Of a DNA stretch of 64,000 bases, positions 37,686 through 46,602 are shown piece by piece. The DNA comes from SAR324 cluster bacterium (GTDB lineage Bacteria; SAR324; XYD2-FULL-50-16): positions 12,281 through 76,280 of the forward strand of contig JANQGZ010000059.1 in the NCBI GenBank assembly GCA_028282825.1, read 5' to 3'. The translations under genes and the position numbers were made by a program. The notes beneath the pieces were generated by a model, which did no database searches, was not told the DNA's origin, and saw nothing but the letters and a program-made list of their open reading frames with translations. Position 1 is the first letter of the stretch. Each line of letters begins with the position of its first letter.

Positions 37686-38726
37686 ATGTATCGACGAGAG
37701 TTCTTCAAACGTGTCTGTCTGGCTGGAGTTCCATTTTTTTTGCCTGGTTTCGATTTTATTAAGGATTATAGTGATTACAAACTGATAGAGCCTGTAAAGA
37801 ATCAGAAATTTGCCAAGGTGGTGGAATACAGAGACCCCCTCTGTGTCAGTGCTGATTTCAGGATCAACGAAGAGAGGGCTTCTGAGCTGTTTAAGAAGGC
37901 CTTTTTGGAATTTACCGGTAAGTCCACCATACCGGAAGCAGCCAAAAGCCTTTTCCCTGACTTTCGAGAGGACCTGAGAGTATCGATAAAGATCAACACT
38001 GCTTCGGATACCATGACCTCACGAAGATTTATGGCTTACACAGTGGCTGACTGTCTGGTTCAGGCCGGGTTGAAACCCGACAATATCATTATTTGGGAAA
38101 GGGCCGAATCCACTTTGAATAGTTCCGGATATGATATTGTAGACGAGCCGGGCAAGATTAAAGTGGTCGCAACCGACACCAAGGGATATAAGTACGATGA
38201 AAGCCGATCGGAACAAGTACACGGCGTCCATGTCCATTTAACTACTATCCTGACTGAACATAGCGATTATCAAATAAACCTGGGTGTCATGAAACACCAC
38301 TGGTTTACAGGCGCTGCTGTTTGCCTCAAGAACCACTACGGCTCCATTCCTCTGTTGGATGCACCTTTTATTATCGGGCCATATGATGTCGCCAAGCTGC
38401 ATTTCAATGCTTGTGACCCTTATATGTCCGAATTGTTCGCCACCATCGAGGACAAGGTGCCCACTGTTCTTTTTATTTGTGATGGACTGCTGGCTGCATA
38501 CAACAATGGCCCCTTAGGTCCTCCACAGTGGGTACAAAACGAAATCATGCTAAGTAATGACCCTGTGGCAATCGACACACTGGCATTTTACAAAATTGAG
38601 AAAAAACGCAGAGATATCGGGCTCCCCCCTCTTTTGAACAAAGCTATGTTTTTACGAACGTCAGCACTGATGGAGCTTGGTACCAACAATCCTAATAACA
38701 TGGACATCATCAAAAAGGTCGTATGA
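37686..38726 (+). CDS. DUF362-like protein with Tat-like N-terminus
   Basis: MYRREFFKRVCLAGVPFFL resembles a twin-arginine signal. The body (RVSIKINTAS..., LKNHYGSIP) is recalled as DUF362-like. Confidence 0.55.
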   Translation: MYRREFFKRVCLAGVPFFLPGFDFIKDYSDYKLIEPVKNQKFAKVVEYRDPLCVSADFRINEERASELFKKAFLEFTGKSTIPEAAKSLFPDFREDLRVSIKINTASDTMTSRRFMAYTVADCLVQAGLKPDNIIIWERAESTLNSSGYDIVDEPGKIKVVATDTKGYKYDESRSEQVHGVHVHLTTILTEHSDYQINLGVMKHHWFTGAAVCLKNHYGSIPLLDAPFIIGPYDVAKLHFNACDPYMSELFATIEDKVPTVLFICDGLLAAYNNGPLGPPQWVQNEIMLSNDPVAIDTLAFYKIEKKRRDIGLPPLLNKAMFLRTSALMELGTNNPNNMDIIKKVV

Positions 38727-39349
38727 AAAAAACTGGCTTTATGGTCTACCTGGTCTTGATAAGCTTCTTATTCGTTGCTTCATGCAGCCCAACGATTCGA
38801 TTTGATGTGGATGGACCATCCAAAAAAGAGAAGAGGGTTTACCTTCAGGAAGTATCGGACAAGAGGCCTGTCAATGAGAGAGTAGGATACAAAATCTTTT
38901 ATGTGGACTCTATTTCCGATGAAGATTACCCGGAAGGGTTCGCAGCAGAATTTAGAATGGGTATACGCGACGCCCTGGAAGATTATTTTATCATCGTCAA
39001 AGATAAGTCTTCGGCAGATGTTGTTTTACACGTTGATGTCCACCATTTTTATGGTGAGTATTCTCAAACAGTTAAAACTGTTTTCTGGGAATACGGATCT
39101 GCCTTGCTGCTTTTTATTCCCAGGCTGCTGACAGACGCTATCCCTTATAATGAATTTGCCGGCAGAGTCGCCTTTGACATGAGTTTTGATTTTCAAAGGG
39201 GCAACCATATTCAAAAATCTATCGACGTGAAGGTAACAGATTCCGTAACCACATATATGAGAGGAAGCGCTGATACCGCATCGCGATTGAGTAACGCAGC
39301 CTCTCCGAAGCTAGATTCCGTCATGAAGGAAATCATGCATCAATTGTAA
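38723..39349 (+). CDS. Hypothetical lipoprotein
   Basis: Lipobox FVASC after a hydrophobic leader. A 4-nt overlap (ATGA) with the preceding gene suggests translational coupling. Confidence 0.55.
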   Translation: MKKTGFMVYLVLISFLFVASCSPTIRFDVDGPSKKEKRVYLQEVSDKRPVNERVGYKIFYVDSISDEDYPEGFAAEFRMGIRDALEDYFIIVKDKSSADVVLHVDVHHFYGEYSQTVKTVFWEYGSALLLFIPRLLTDAIPYNEFAGRVAFDMSFDFQRGNHIQKSIDVKVTDSVTTYMRGSADTASRLSNAASPKLDSVMKEIMHQL

Positions 39350-39546
39350 CTTACGTTTTACGGGTTTCTTGAAATGTTCCGATTTCACAGTCCGTACCGT
39401 GAAACAATTTACAGGCATGGCATAGTTGCCAGATATCGATTATCTGCAACCAGGATACTTTTGGAACATATTGTATTTGTGCCGGATCAAGACTGCAACT
39501 GGTGTGATCCAATCGGAGTGAGGTTTGCGGGCTTTGACAAGAGTCG

Positions 39547-40137
39547 TCAGCTCAAATCATTGAGAGATTTGTAGAAAGCGTAGTCCATTGCCCCGAAATC
39601 CAGGTTTACGATCCAGTAGACAGGATACCAGGTTTCGTACCTTAAACGCCGGATAAATATCTGAGTATGTTCCAGCTTCACCAGGCATTTTATAATTTGA
39701 TCGATAGTGAATTCTTTCCCCACCTTCTTTGAGTTTTCCCGAACAATCATCAACAGTTGTGAAATGCGTTCCGATTCGATTTCGTAAAACCCACCCGCTT
39801 TAAATTCCAGGCTGAGTGATTGGATAACAATGTGTTTGATTTCATTATCTAACAAGTTTGGCAAAGGAAGCTTTGCCCTGGTGCCATCATCCAAAACAGA
39901 ATCGTTTTGCCTTAAACAGATGGAATACGCCTGATCACGAAAAACAAACTCACTGAAATGATCTCTTTGCTCAAATTGTTTGTTAAGAAAAAAACAAGGT
40001 GTCGTTGCAAACAAGGGGAGTTGCAACAAAAAATCCTTGTATTCCCTGTTTGAAATACGCAAAAAGTTTGTTGAGGCGTAGCTCTGGGATATATGCGTCG
40101 GCAGCATATCTATTCGTGTCGGTGTTTCCATTTTCAT
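39547..40137 (-). CDS. Hypothetical protein, no confident family
   Basis: 196-aa ORF standing alone between long intergenic regions. See findings for a weak RepA-like pattern. Confidence 0.45.
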   Translation of the reverse strand: MKMETPTRIDMLPTHISQSYASTNFLRISNREYKDFLLQLPLFATTPCFFLNKQFEQRDHFSEFVFRDQAYSICLRQNDSVLDDGTRAKLPLPNLLDNEIKHIVIQSLSLEFKAGGFYEIESERISQLLMIVRENSKKVGKEFTIDQIIKCLVKLEHTQIFIRRLRYETWYPVYWIVNLDFGAMDYAFYKSLNDLS

Positions 40138-40722
40138 ATATCAGACCTGGTGTTTTTCCGATTCTTAGTGATGCGGTCGTATTAGCTTTCCACCGGCGAT
40201 TTCCACGCATCATTCATCATCTGTCACGGAATAGCGAACGTCCATGAAACTGCGGGGACAGATAGAATTCATTATCTATCAGTAAAACATAGGTTATTCA
40301 AGATTTTTTATTTTCATAGACTAGCTGCGATGAACGAATAAGCGAGTTTTGAAGGAAAATAGTATTACAGCTTTTAGCGAACATACCACTTACCGGCTTT
40401 CGGATTTTTCCAGAATCTTTTTTCCACACCGATTTCAACGGAATATGTCATTCAATAAATTATTGCGTTTTGAAGCCTAATCCGAATAAAATCAGGGTCA
40501 CTCTCTATATTTGGTGCATCGATCGCTTCTTTGGATGAAGCATTAATTGTTGCTTGGGGAATTTACAATTTGTATAACTCATGAATAAGAATTCAGAATA
40601 AATTAAAGACTCGTTTGGTCCATGATTAAATTTAACAAATAGCAACGCCTCAACCCAGTTTTCACCGAACTGAACCATATAAGCGTTCCCGGTGAATCTC
40701 CAAAGCGGAAAATCGCAAAGTT

Positions 40723-43700
40723 ATGGAAGACATTCCAGGAATAGAGCTTAAAGAGTGCATTTACGAAAGCCAGAGAGTGTCTATTTACAAGGGAGTTGAC
40801 CTCCAACAGTCACCTGTCATTGTCAAAATACCTGCGGCCTATACATTCGGTGCCGAATCGCTGGCCAGGCTCGAACGGGAATTTCAGCTGGGGAGTCAAA
40901 TTAACTCCCCGGGAATCATCAGAATGTATTCCCTGGAGTCTGTAGGGCACAACAAAGCCATAGTCATGGAAGATTTTGGAGGTATTTCTCTAAAAAAATA
41001 CCTGGCAATCACCAAACTTGGGCTTCACGAATTTCTGAACCTTTCTGTGGGCCTTTCAGATATACTGCACCAATTGCATCACTATCAGATCATCCATCGA
41101 GATATAAAACCGGCCAACATCCTGATCGATCCCGCAACTGGAGAACTTAAGCTGATTGACCTCAGTCTGGCTCGCAAACTATCGACTCGCTCCCATATCC
41201 CGTTTGTTCAGACAAAACTGGAAGGTTCGCTGGAATATTTACCTCCTGAGCAGACCGGTCGGGTTAACAGGTCAGTTGGTTTTCATTCCGATTTGTATTC
41301 ACTGGGAGCAACATTTTATGAAATGTTGTCCGGCCGGCCACCTTTTATAGCTGATGATCCGATAAGCCTGGTGCATGCTCATATTGCAAAAACCCCCGAC
41401 CCTATTCAGGCGGAGTTCGAGGTCCCTGAAATTGTTTCGGAAATTGTTCTGAAACTTTTATCTAAAATGGCTGAAGATCGTTACCAGGAGGCGGTTGGTT
41501 TAAAACACGACTTGGAAAAGTGCCAAATTATATTAAAAGATGAAAAAGAGCTGGTAGGTTTTGAGTTGGGTGAAAAAGACCTCCCAAGGCATTTCAGGAT
41601 TCCTGAAAAGATTTATGGCAGAGAAAAAGAGCTTTCCTGCCTGATCGATTCTTTTCTGGAAACAGTACAGGGGGACACACGCGTGATTTTTCTCACCGGA
41701 AGGGAAGGGATTGGAAAAGCCAAGCTGGCCGATGAGATGAAACGTTTAACCATGGAACAAAATGGCTATTTTGTCTCCGGCAGGTCGGAACAGTCCGCGA
41801 ATCCTGCTCCCTACAAAGTTCTCACCCGGGTTTTTGAGGACCTGATTCAACTGTTGTTGGCAGATTCACCACAAAAACTTGAGAGTCTGAAAAAAGTCCT
41901 AATAACCAGGTTAGGTAGCCAATTTTCTGACATCACAGGAATTATCCCCAGTATGGAACTGGTTTTGGGAAAAGCCACCGAACCTGTTCAACCCGAATCC
42001 CAGCGGAGTTCTCACAGGTTTATTCCCGGTATGATTGCATTTCTGCAATCTGTTGCCTCGCCAGACACCCCGCTGGTTATTTACCTGGAAGATATTCAAT
42101 GGATGTCCGAATCATCCAAAAAGCTTTTTGTGGAATTGCTCAAAGAACCAGGCTTATCCAATATTCTGTTTATTGGCTCATATAGGTCTACGGTTCCTGA
42201 AGCGACCGGGATTACCAGACTTATTGAGGAAGTCCGGCAAAGCCTCAATGATAGAATAACCGAACTGGAAATAGAGCCATTGCAGCTTTCGGACATCAAT
42301 CGTCTCTTGTCTGATATGCTTCATGTCGAAATGGCCGAAACCAAAGAACTGGCACAACTGGTCAAGCAAAAAACCAATGGTATTCCTTTCTTTATGATCG
42401 ACTATCTAAAACGGTTGGCGCATAAGGAATTGATCTATTTTGATAAGGAAAGACTAAAATGGAAATGGAAGATTAGTGACGCCAGAAGGCAGAAAGCTTC
42501 CATTAATGTAGTTGAATCCATGCTTGAGCAGTTTTCCGACCTTCCGGTATCAACAAGGGATTATTTAAGTGCTGCATCCTCTATGGGAAATTTTTTTGAA
42601 ACGGACCTGCTTTCCAAAGTGCTTGGTATTGAACCATCCGATCTGACCCCATTGATCAGAAAAGCGGCTGATTTAGGCTTGGTCAATCAGCTAGGAGAAA
42701 CCTTTGATAAAGACAATACCAATACCCTGTACCGATTCTCTCATCCTGATATCAGACAAGGCATCTACGAACAGATAGCTAGCGAAAAACAAGTTGATTT
42801 CCACCTTAAAACAGGCAGATTGCTTTTGGAGAGTCTGCCGGAAGAGCAGCAGGAAGAAAAGCTGTTCGACATAGTCAATCATTTTAACCTGGCCGGTGAA
42901 TTAATTAAAGAACCCGCTGAATTGGTGAGATTATCGAATTTAAACCTTCGAGCTTGCCAAAAAGCTCGTTCCTCCGCTGCCTTTGAATTCGCCTCCAAAT
43001 TCGCAGATAAGGGCCTTTCTTTCCTGCCTGCCGATCATTGGAAATACCATTATAAGTTATCCCTGCAACTATTCCGTGAAAAAGCGATTTCCGAATATGC
43101 TGCACAAAGGGATAAGTCGGCCTCCGCCATGTTTGAGGGCATTCTCGAAAACGCCCAATCGAAACTGGACAAGTTCGATGTTTATATGGATTGGATAAAG
43201 CAGTTGAAGTCCAGAAGCGATTATGCAACTGCTTCCCAAAGAGTATTGGAATGTCTTCGCACTATAGGTGTTGAAATTCCGGATTCCAAAACAGGCATGC
43301 AAGCTGCCCTGAAGGAGGAACAAAAGAAGATAAAAACGCTCCTGGAGGAAGTGCCCCTATCGGAACAGTTGAATCAATCGGCTATGACTGATCCCTGCCA
43401 GTTAGCTATTGTGAAAATTCTTGTTGAAGTTGGTATAGAATCACTTTTTATCAACGGAGATTTTTTCATGACTGCACTGCTGGGGGCAAAAGGCATTAAC
43501 TTGGTCCTGGAGAACGGACACAGCATTTACTCCTCCTATCTCCTTGCTTTTTTGGCAAACTCGATGGCATTTCGCAAACAGTATGCAATTGCGGAAGAAG
43601 CAGGGCAACTGGCATTAAACATTTCTCGTAATTATCCAAATCCATACGTCGATCGCAGAATGTATCTTGAGTATTCGGCTTTTGTCCAACCATTTAACAG

Positions 43701-46515
43701 GCATTTAAAACTCAACAAGGAACAACTTCAGACCCATTTCAAATCCGGTCTTGAGGAGGGAGATTTTGACAGCGCCAGCAATATTTTGTGGCACGAAATG
43801 CTAAACGATTTCATTATGGGGAAAAATGTTCAACAGATATATGGGGCAAACAAACAGCATTTGGACTACATTGGCCGATATAAACACCTTTCCAAACCGT
43901 TGCTGGGATTGTTTGAAGTGCATATCAAGTATTATGTCGAAACGGCTGAGAACAGGAATGCCGATCAAGGTGATTATTTCAGTTCAAAGCGTTTTAAATT
44001 GATCGCCAACAGTCCTTCCGGCGTCACTGTATACTATCTTTTGACATTGATGCAGCTGTACCTTACCGACCAACATGAGCAGATGGCCATTTACGCTAAA
44101 AAAACCATCGTTGACAAAGCCATCTTTGCCACCACCTGGGTTTACACCCACTATTCCCTGTTTTATTTTGGCATCGCATTGTTGAGAGATTACCGAACCG
44201 GAGCCTATACAAAACCGGAAGAATACGATTTTTATGATGTCATTGAGTTGATTCGCTCCGAATACAAAATATATTCAGGGGCATGCAGGGTCAATTTTGA
44301 AGCAGCTTATCTGATCATTGAAGCTGAGCATGCCAGAAACTGTGGAAATGATATATCCGCTATGAAGCTCTACAGTCAGGCCATTGAATCAGCTTATAAT
44401 GCAGGCTTTATCAGTTTTGAGGCGATTGCAAACGAACTGGCTGCCGAATTTTATCGTACGCTTGATATTAAGGAAGTCTGCGCAGTTCACATTGGAAAAG
44501 CCATTCAACTCTATAAACTGTGGGGTATGACTGAAAAAGTGGAATATCTGACCAAAGAGTTTGCCGACTTTCTGGTCCTCTGGAAACGGTCCCTGTCCTC
44601 ACGTCAGGACTCGGTAATTTCTCCCCACGGCAGTCAGACTCATGAATCACTGACAGAGCAGATTGATCTTAAGTCGATCATACAAGCCTCCCGGGTACTT
44701 TCCGGTGAAATGGTGCTGGATCGGCTGATTGAAAATCTTTTGAAGATTATGATTGAGAATTCCGGAGCCCAAAAAGGCGTTTTGATCATGCCCAGGGGTA
44801 ATGAACTGGTTATTGAGGCGGAAGGTTTAATGGAACTGGATAAGGTCCGTTACTTTCCTTCAACACCTTTGCTGGAATCCAAAATAGTCCCCCACTCGGT
44901 TATCGGGTATGTTCACAGAACATCTGCCACACTGGTATTGGATGATGTCTCCAAGGAGCATCACTATCAAAAAGATAGTTACATTCAAAATCGGCAACCT
45001 AAGTCGATTTTATGTATGCCGGTCATCCATTCTCAAAAACTGTTGGCTATTCTCTATTTCGAAAACTATCTCAGTACCGGAATCTTTTCACCTGAAAGAA
45101 TCAAAACTCTCGAAATACTGGCCTCGCAAGCTGCCATTTCAGTGGAAAACGCTTCGATATACAATGATCTTCTGAAAGAGGTCTCCGAAAGGAGACAAGC
45201 CGAGGAAAGCCTGAGAAGCAGCGAGAAAAAATATCGATTGGTTACGGAAAATACGAACATTGTTATCTGGACCATGAATCTCCGCGGGAAATTCACCTTC
45301 ATCAGTCCTTCCATCACCAGGCTGGTCGGCTATACTCCTGAAGAATTCGTTAAATTGAAATCAGCAGACTACCTTACTCCCGAATCAGAAAGGATGGCAA
45401 CCGAAGCCTTTTATGAAAGTGCTGACAACTTAAAAAGCGGAACTGAGCAAAGGCTAAATCTGCAATTGGAATGTATTCGCAAAGATGGAACCCGATTCTG
45501 GGGAGAGTTGCAAATGAAAAGTTCCGTATTTGGTGAAGAACCGGAGCCCAGTTATATAGGTGTATTACGCGATATAACCACACGCAAGAAGGCCGAAGAT
45601 GAACTGGCAAATTACAGAGAACACCTGGAAGAGCTGGTGGATGAGCGGTCCAAGCAATTGAAAAAGGCACAAAAGGAATTACTGGAAAAGGCTCATCGGG
45701 CTGGAATGGCTGATATTGCAGCTGATATCCTTCACAACATCGGAAACATCCTCAACAGTGCCCATGTTTCCATACAATCCCTGGAAAAGATGTCCTCTTC
45801 TTCAGGATTATCGGATCTTCAGAGGGCCAATCAATTGTTAGACGAAAACATGGATTCTCTGGAATCTTTTATTTTAGATGATCCCAAAGGAGTTTTACTG
45901 CTTAAATATTATGCCATGGTAGAAAAGGAGCTGAGTGAAGAATTCACGGGCTACTATGCAGATGTAAAAAGGCTGGGGGAAAAGTTGGAAATGATCTCCA
46001 CAGCCATCAACACCCAGAAGAATTACATAGGAATTGACTCGCAAAATGAAATGCTTGAACTTTCGCAGGTTGTAGAAGATATTCTTACCATACAAGCCGG
46101 ATTAATTGAAAGAAACGGTGTCCGGATAGTCAATCAGTTAAAACCCATGCAAAGTATTCCTATTCAAAAAGTCAAACTCATGCACATTTTAATCAGCATC
46201 ATTAATAACTCTGTGGATGCGATGATTGATCTGTCTCCGGAAAACAGACAAATTTTGGTGCAGGGAGAAGAAAGCGATGAATCGGTTATTCTTAGAATTT
46301 CTGACAAAGGAAGGGGAATTAAACAGGAAAACCTCACCAAAATCTTCACCCAGGGTTACACCACAAAAAGGGATAGCCAGGGGTTCGCACTCCACACCTG
46401 TGCTAACTATATGGCTGATATGAGAGGCTCAATCAATGCAGAGAGCAAAGGTATTGGCCAGGGAGCCACCTTTATCCTGACCTTCAAAAAACAGACTGAT
46501 TCTGCTCCGATATAA
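40723..46515 (+). CDS. Giant multidomain sensor: Ser/Thr kinase - AAA/STAND-type NTPase - helical repeats - GAF - PAS - histidine kinase (HstK-like architecture)
   Basis: Ser/Thr-kinase domain: catalytic loop HRDIKPANILID and LEYLPPEQ. NTPase domain: P-loop GREGIGKA and Walker B VIYLEDIQW. GAF: (..GAQKGVLIM..ILCMPV..LLAILYFEN). PAS: (NIVIWTMNLRGKFTFISPS). Histidine kinase: H-region MADIAADILHNIGNILNS, N-box IINNSVDAM, G1 SDKGRGI. Confidence 0.9.
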   Translation: MEDIPGIELKECIYESQRVSIYKGVDLQQSPVIVKIPAAYTFGAESLARLEREFQLGSQINSPGIIRMYSLESVGHNKAIVMEDFGGISLKKYLAITKLGLHEFLNLSVGLSDILHQLHHYQIIHRDIKPANILIDPATGELKLIDLSLARKLSTRSHIPFVQTKLEGSLEYLPPEQTGRVNRSVGFHSDLYSLGATFYEMLSGRPPFIADDPISLVHAHIAKTPDPIQAEFEVPEIVSEIVLKLLSKMAEDRYQEAVGLKHDLEKCQIILKDEKELVGFELGEKDLPRHFRIPEKIYGREKELSCLIDSFLETVQGDTRVIFLTGREGIGKAKLADEMKRLTMEQNGYFVSGRSEQSANPAPYKVLTRVFEDLIQLLLADSPQKLESLKKVLITRLGSQFSDITGIIPSMELVLGKATEPVQPESQRSSHRFIPGMIAFLQSVASPDTPLVIYLEDIQWMSESSKKLFVELLKEPGLSNILFIGSYRSTVPEATGITRLIEEVRQSLNDRITELEIEPLQLSDINRLLSDMLHVEMAETKELAQLVKQKTNGIPFFMIDYLKRLAHKELIYFDKERLKWKWKISDARRQKASINVVESMLEQFSDLPVSTRDYLSAASSMGNFFETDLLSKVLGIEPSDLTPLIRKAADLGLVNQLGETFDKDNTNTLYRFSHPDIRQGIYEQIASEKQVDFHLKTGRLLLESLPEEQQEEKLFDIVNHFNLAGELIKEPAELVRLSNLNLRACQKARSSAAFEFASKFADKGLSFLPADHWKYHYKLSLQLFREKAISEYAAQRDKSASAMFEGILENAQSKLDKFDVYMDWIKQLKSRSDYATASQRVLECLRTIGVEIPDSKTGMQAALKEEQKKIKTLLEEVPLSEQLNQSAMTDPCQLAIVKILVEVGIESLFINGDFFMTALLGAKGINLVLENGHSIYSSYLLAFLANSMAFRKQYAIAEEAGQLALNISRNYPNPYVDRRMYLEYSAFVQPFNRHLKLNKEQLQTHFKSGLEEGDFDSASNILWHEMLNDFIMGKNVQQIYGANKQHLDYIGRYKHLSKPLLGLFEVHIKYYVETAENRNADQGDYFSSKRFKLIANSPSGVTVYYLLTLMQLYLTDQHEQMAIYAKKTIVDKAIFATTWVYTHYSLFYFGIALLRDYRTGAYTKPEEYDFYDVIELIRSEYKIYSGACRVNFEAAYLIIEAEHARNCGNDISAMKLYSQAIESAYNAGFISFEAIANELAAEFYRTLDIKEVCAVHIGKAIQLYKLWGMTEKVEYLTKEFADFLVLWKRSLSSRQDSVISPHGSQTHESLTEQIDLKSIIQASRVLSGEMVLDRLIENLLKIMIENSGAQKGVLIMPRGNELVIEAEGLMELDKVRYFPSTPLLESKIVPHSVIGYVHRTSATLVLDDVSKEHHYQKDSYIQNRQPKSILCMPVIHSQKLLAILYFENYLSTGIFSPERIKTLEILASQAAISVENASIYNDLLKEVSERRQAEESLRSSEKKYRLVTENTNIVIWTMNLRGKFTFISPSITRLVGYTPEEFVKLKSADYLTPESERMATEAFYESADNLKSGTEQRLNLQLECIRKDGTRFWGELQMKSSVFGEEPEPSYIGVLRDITTRKKAEDELANYREHLEELVDERSKQLKKAQKELLEKAHRAGMADIAADILHNIGNILNSAHVSIQSLEKMSSSSGLSDLQRANQLLDENMDSLESFILDDPKGVLLLKYYAMVEKELSEEFTGYYADVKRLGEKLEMISTAINTQKNYIGIDSQNEMLELSQVVEDILTIQAGLIERNGVRIVNQLKPMQSIPIQKVKLMHILISIINNSVDAMIDLSPENRQILVQGEESDESVILRISDKGRGIKQENLTKIFTQGYTTKRDSQGFALHTCANYMADMRGSINAESKGIGQGATFILTFKKQTDSAPI

Positions 46516-46602
46516 CTTTCCCATTTCATCCCCAAGCAAACATAATCTCATTTGGTTAAGAGCATAATGAAAAGCTTACCTGGCTTTCCATTCAGCAAAA
46601 AC

